A stretch of DNA of 64,000 bases from Candidatus Eiseniibacteriota bacterium (GTDB lineage Bacteria; Eisenbacteria; RBG-16-71-46; CAIMUX01; VGJL01), in assembly GCA_963792585.1 (NCBI GenBank), contig CAWBWI010000001.1:1675624-1739623 (forward strand). Direction: 5' to 3'. The translations under genes were made by a program, and so were the position numbers. The number at the start of each line of letters is the position of its first letter. Positions within the stretch are counted from its first letter, which is position 1. This document shows positions 59,753-64,000 of this stretch, in pieces. Below the pieces are notes generated by a model. The model was not told the DNA's origin, searched no databases, and worked only from the letters and a program-made list of their open reading frames with translations.

Positions 59753-60130
59753 ATGCGATGGATCGCCACTATGTCGTTGGCGCTGTTGATTTGTCTCCCT
59801 GCGTCGAACGCGTCCGCAGGCCGCATCTTCGGCGACATTAAACTGGACGGGAAGCCCGTGCCGGCCGGCATCACGCTGAGGATTGCCCTCGTGCCGCCGG
59901 TCAGCGCTCCCGGCGCCGAGTCCAAACCTGTGACGGTCGTGGCCGATTCCACGGTCACCGACAAGTTCGGTTCCTACAAGCTCACCGTCAAGGAAGAGGG
60001 AAAGTGCATTCTTACCCTCGTGTACGAGAAGCAGGCTTACTCGCTCGAGGTCTTCTCATACAAGCAGGCGACCCGCTACGACATGATCCTCGAGAAGAAG
60101 GACGGCACGCTGGCACTGAGAAGGAGGTGA
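59753..60130 (+). CDS. Small secreted beta-sandwich (prealbumin/carboxypeptidase-regulatory-like) protein
   Basis: GGAGG RBS; signal peptide ending ASA; G.I..DGKPV..TVTDKFGSYKL. Confidence 0.65.
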   Translation: MRWIATMSLALLICLPASNASAGRIFGDIKLDGKPVPAGITLRIALVPPVSAPGAESKPVTVVADSTVTDKFGSYKLTVKEEGKCILTLVYEKQAYSLEVFSYKQATRYDMILEKKDGTLALRRR

Positions 60131-60137
60131 GCGGAAC

Positions 60138-61037
60138 ATGAGCGAGGGACCCGTCACGAAGCGGGACACGTGGGACAAGATCGACATTCTCATGCGCCCG
60201 ATGGGTGGGTTGCTGACGGCGGTGGCCATCACCGTCCTCGGGTTCATCACGTCGAACGCCCTCAGTCAGCGGCAGGCGATCGACACGAATACACGCCTCT
60301 ATACCGAACTGATGAGTCGCCGCGAGGAGGCGGAAAGCGCGCTCCGCAAGGACATGTGTGTCTCCATCATCAACTCCTTCGTGAACCCGCGCGACACCGG
60401 GCTCAGCGCCTCCGTGCTCAATCTCGAGATGCTCGCCTACAACTTCCATGAGTCACTCAATCTGAAGCCGCTGTTCACGGAGATGCGGCGGCGTGTCGTC
60501 CGCGAACGGGAAGAGGCCAAGACGGATGCGGCCCGCGCGGAGGACGACGCATACCTCGACCGACTGGAGAGCATGGCGCGAGAGATCGTGCGCCGGCAGA
60601 TGATCGTGCTGGAAGGCGTCGGCAAGAGGTTCGACCGCACGATCGACCTTTCGGGTGATCCCGGCGGAACCAGTCTGGAGCCGGAGACGCTGACGCTCGA
60701 CGGAGTTTCGACGACATTTGCGATCGACGTCCTGGATGTCGATCGGGCGAACCGCGAGATTCGGATCGGCCTCAACATCGAGACCCCGGATCCCGAACTG
60801 GGTCGCCAGACGAAGGTGGCGACCTTCGGCGTCACCTATTTCGACTTCCCGATGATCGACAACACGCGGCTCGTCGGCGGCCAGCGCTGCTCGGTGGTGT
60901 TGAACGACATCTCCGACCAGTCCGCCGACATCACGCTCGTGCTCTTCCCCGGGACGTATGCAAGCCTGAAGGAGAAACCGTACTACAACGAGGTCATCGA
61001 GAATGTGTTGACTGCGAACAGGCGGCTAACACGTTGA
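60138..61037 (+). CDS. Hypothetical single-TM protein
   Basis: AGGAGG RBS; N-terminal TM helix, coiled-coil-like middle and beta-rich C-terminus; 7 nt after the previous gene. Confidence 0.75.
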   Translation: MSEGPVTKRDTWDKIDILMRPMGGLLTAVAITVLGFITSNALSQRQAIDTNTRLYTELMSRREEAESALRKDMCVSIINSFVNPRDTGLSASVLNLEMLAYNFHESLNLKPLFTEMRRRVVREREEAKTDAARAEDDAYLDRLESMAREIVRRQMIVLEGVGKRFDRTIDLSGDPGGTSLEPETLTLDGVSTTFAIDVLDVDRANREIRIGLNIETPDPELGRQTKVATFGVTYFDFPMIDNTRLVGGQRCSVVLNDISDQSADITLVLFPGTYASLKEKPYYNEVIENVLTANRRLTR

Positions 61038-61121
61038 ATTCGGCCGGTTAGGTCCGAGACCGGCGCCTCGAGGAAGGCACGCGGAGCTTTCGCTCCACTC
61101 AGGGAGAGGGGCCTGATCCGA

Positions 61122-62510
61122 ATGGGTCTTTCGCGGACTGGGGTGTCACCGTTCCGGAGGTTCTTCTTCGAGACGAGTCTGGGTATGACTCGCCCATGGA
61201 GGCGCAACCTGGAGGGGCTCCGGCGCGGGCAGGCCCTAGGTGAGGAAGGAACGCGGAAGCTACAAGGACGGCTTCTCGAACAACTCCTTGAGCACGCTGC
61301 TCATCATGTCCCCTACTATCACGATCTCTTTGCAGCGCACGGCCTGCTGAGCGGCGGACGGGTCCGGATCGGCTCTCTGGCGGAGCTTCCGTGCTTGGAT
61401 CGTGCGACCCTGCGTCACGAGTTCGATCGACTCCGTTCCGATGACCTCGCCCAGAGATCCTGGACGGTGAACAGCACGGGAGGTTCGACGGGAGAACCGG
61501 TTCGATTCATTCAAGATCGTGAATCGGGTTTCTGGCGCGCCGCCGTTGAGCACCTCTTCGACGAATGGGCGGGAGTCCCTTTCGGCACGCGACGAGTCCG
61601 GCTGTGGGGGTCGGAGCGTGATCTCTTCGTCGGCCGGGAGCCTCTCAAGGTCCGCCTCTACAGATGGCGGAGGAACGAGATCTCGCTGAACTCCTTCCGG
61701 ATGACTCCGGCGCAGATGCGAACATACACGGAACGGATCAACGCGTGGCGTCCGGGCCACATCGTGGGTTACGCGGACAGCCTCTATGAATTCTCACGAT
61801 TCCTAGAACGTTCCGGCCTCACCGTCAATCCGCCGGATTCGATCATGAGTTCATCCGGCACCCTCCTCCCCCACCAGCGCGAGACGATCGAGCGCATCTT
61901 TCGGGCTCCCGTATTCAACCGCTATGCCTCACGGGAGTTTGGCGGCATCGCGAGCGAGGACGGGACGCACGACGGCCTGGTCGTGGCCGCGCCCCACACA
62001 TGCGTGGAAGTTCTCCGGCCTGACGGCTCGCCCGCCGGGCCGCTCGAGGAAGGAGAGGTGGTGATCACCTCCCTGACGAACTACGCCATGCCGCTCATCC
62101 GTTATCGGATCGGCGACCTGGCTTGTCCGGCGGAGCACGGGTCCGCGAGAACCGGCTGGCCGGTCCTCGCGCAGGTCACGGGACGTGTCACCGACACGTT
62201 CGTGCGCCCCGACGGCGGGGTGGTCTCTTCCCTCTACTTCATCCATCTGGTGGGAGTCATCCTGAGGGCTGGATGGATCCGCAGATTCCAGGTGATCCAG
62301 GAGGAACCTTCCCGAATCATCGTCAACCTGGTCCTCGAGCCCCCTTTCACGGAGGACAGCCCAGACTTCCTCCTGGGAACCCGGGAGCTCACGGACAAGA
62401 TCCGTCTCGCCATGGGCGAGGACTGCAGGGTTGAATTCCAGGTTCGAGAGGGAATCCCCACGGAGTCATCCGGGAAATTCCGGTACGCCATCAGCCGCGT
62501 CGCGCGGTGA
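61122..62510 (+). CDS. Phenylacetate-CoA ligase-like (CapK-type) adenylate-forming enzyme
   Basis: HVPYY, STGGSTGEP, YASRE, TSLTNYAMPLIRYRIGD, GR..D, FQVIQ, SGKFR; start uncertain. Confidence 0.85.
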   Translation: MGLSRTGVSPFRRFFFETSLGMTRPWRRNLEGLRRGQALGEEGTRKLQGRLLEQLLEHAAHHVPYYHDLFAAHGLLSGGRVRIGSLAELPCLDRATLRHEFDRLRSDDLAQRSWTVNSTGGSTGEPVRFIQDRESGFWRAAVEHLFDEWAGVPFGTRRVRLWGSERDLFVGREPLKVRLYRWRRNEISLNSFRMTPAQMRTYTERINAWRPGHIVGYADSLYEFSRFLERSGLTVNPPDSIMSSSGTLLPHQRETIERIFRAPVFNRYASREFGGIASEDGTHDGLVVAAPHTCVEVLRPDGSPAGPLEEGEVVITSLTNYAMPLIRYRIGDLACPAEHGSARTGWPVLAQVTGRVTDTFVRPDGGVVSSLYFIHLVGVILRAGWIRRFQVIQEEPSRIIVNLVLEPPFTEDSPDFLLGTRELTDKIRLAMGEDCRVEFQVREGIPTESSGKFRYAISRVAR

Positions 62511-63735
62511 CCTGCCTTCGTCCCCCGGCATAGGCGCGTATGCGCTTCGCGGCCTTGCGAACCTGTCGCCAGGCGAGTTTCCTGCCGCCGATCCAGAACG
62601 GTCGGAGATCGTCGAGCGCGAACACCGCGAACGAGCGGGCCTTTGTGAGAGACCAGAGCCAGGGTCCCCAACCAAGCTGCCCGGCCCTGTGCTTCTGGCG
62701 AAACGAACGAGCGTCTCGGGCGAAGTCGAGCCACTTGAGGCCGTACCTCTGCCGGGGATGAACCTCGCGGGCTAGCGTCGGGTGTCGCACGGCATCGAGA
62801 TAGGCGATCCACGAGAGATCGACGCCGCATGCCTGGAACAGCGCATTGTGATAGTACGAACGACCGTTGATCTCGAGAAAATAGAGTCGACCCGTGCTTC
62901 GTTCCCGTACGTATTCGACCGCGACGAGACCCCTGTAACGAATCCGCTTCAGACAGGATACGGTCCTCTCGGCAATCTCGGGGAGGTTCTCGCTGATGCC
63001 AAAGCAGGTGACACCGAAGTCAGGCTGAAGCTGGCGGATCTTCCGTCCCGTGTAGACAGCCAGAGGCTCTGAATCGCGGTCCAGGTAGGCGGCGCAGACC
63101 AGGATATGCCCGTCGCCTCCCACGATGATCTCCTGGAAGACGCCCATGTTGGCCAGCTGCGGATAGGCAGTAAAGAATTCCTTGAGCGCATTTTGATCTT
63201 GAAAAACGATGTTCTTCGCGTGTCCGGGCAGATAGAAGGAGTAGTGGTTCTTGGGCTTGTACAGGACCGGGTAGGGCATTCCGGGCGCGATCTCACACAA
63301 GTGCGCGAACGACGAGGCAACGTAGGTCGCCGGAATCGGCATGCCGCAATCCACCGCGAGATTCTTCGTCGTGTCCTTGTTCAGTATGTCGAGCATCGTG
63401 TGCCGCTCGGGGAGCACGAACAAGGCCGTCGAGGCCAGTTCCTGCTCATGATTGGAGAGCAATGACAAGGATTCGTCGCTGGTCGGAAAGATCACCGGCG
63501 GCGCGGGCATGCCCCGACACAAAGCCAGGAGCTGGGGCAGAAACTCGGCCTCATCGTTCGCGGGCAGGTCGATGGCCTCGCAATAGCGCGAGTAGCCGGC
63601 CACCCCATGCTCGATGAACGCTGCCCCGAATACTCGGACCCCCTTGCGGCCCAAGCTGCGGATGACACCGAGCCCATTTACACCCAGGTCGAGCACAATG
63701 GCCGGATTCCGGAACGACGATCTATCAGCACCCAT
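62491..63735 (-). CDS. ATP-grasp carboxylate-amine ligase (D-aspartate-ligase-like)
   Basis: NGLGVIRSLGRKG, SRY, IFPTSD, YPVLYKP, FQEIIVG, GRKIRQ, YFLEINGR; distinct from the MvdC type. Confidence 0.8.
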   Translation of the reverse strand: MGADRSSFRNPAIVLDLGVNGLGVIRSLGRKGVRVFGAAFIEHGVAGYSRYCEAIDLPANDEAEFLPQLLALCRGMPAPPVIFPTSDESLSLLSNHEQELASTALFVLPERHTMLDILNKDTTKNLAVDCGMPIPATYVASSFAHLCEIAPGMPYPVLYKPKNHYSFYLPGHAKNIVFQDQNALKEFFTAYPQLANMGVFQEIIVGGDGHILVCAAYLDRDSEPLAVYTGRKIRQLQPDFGVTCFGISENLPEIAERTVSCLKRIRYRGLVAVEYVRERSTGRLYFLEINGRSYYHNALFQACGVDLSWIAYLDAVRHPTLAREVHPRQRYGLKWLDFARDARSFRQKHRAGQLGWGPWLWSLTKARSFAVFALDDLRPFWIGGRKLAWRQVRKAAKRIRAYAGGRRQVTARRG

Positions 63736-64000
63736 GGGAGCGGACCTGCCGCAGGCTGCAGTCGTTGGAGCATACGCCCGCGCCGTCCCGGCGCCCAAAG
63801 CTGGCCTCTGTGGACCTTCGATGGTGCACCATCTGGACCCTCCACAACGTGTTCAAAGTGGCGCACGGATTCTACACCCTCGCGAGGAGCTTCCGCAGCA
63901 AGAGTCCCACGCCCTTCACGCCCCTCTCCTCGGGCGGGCACGACCCGTCGCCGATCCGCCGCAGGGGGGTCCCTATTCACGAGTCGAGCCCCCTTTGGGA

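Noticed and set aside
62491-63735. Second ATP-grasp as another RiPP maturase
   Set aside because: Lacks the MvdC-type DWR and NPxGQW motifs, has the carboxylate-amine ligase N-terminus, and no precursor is adjacent.

Overview
GC-rich, gene-dense bacterial window with about 45 CDS. I saw no rRNA, tRNA, CRISPR array or mobile element. Six secreted proteins end in a FlgD-Ig/T9SS-like C-terminal domain, which points to an FCB-group lineage such as Ca. Eisenbacteria or relatives (inference only). The most striking locus is 333-2056: a MvdC/MvdD-type (graspetide) ATP-grasp ligase translationally coupled to an unusually large 266-aa candidate precursor. That protein has a ~170-aa N-terminal domain, a Ser/Thr-then-Asp/Glu hairpin-like core around an Asp-Gly turn, and a Pro/Gly/Arg tail; no protease or exporter is adjacent. 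Other notable content: a non-pyrrolysine MttB / reactivation domain / corrinoid protein / homocysteine methyltransferase / msrB operon (candidate folate-independent methionine synthesis); three kinase-STAND-TPR proteins, two of them paired with ECF sigma factors; several apparently leaderless genes; msrPQ; a PAS/GAF kinase-NarL pair; and an RND efflux operon broken by many clustered frameshifts, probably a sequencing artefact. All product calls come from motif recognition, not database searches.
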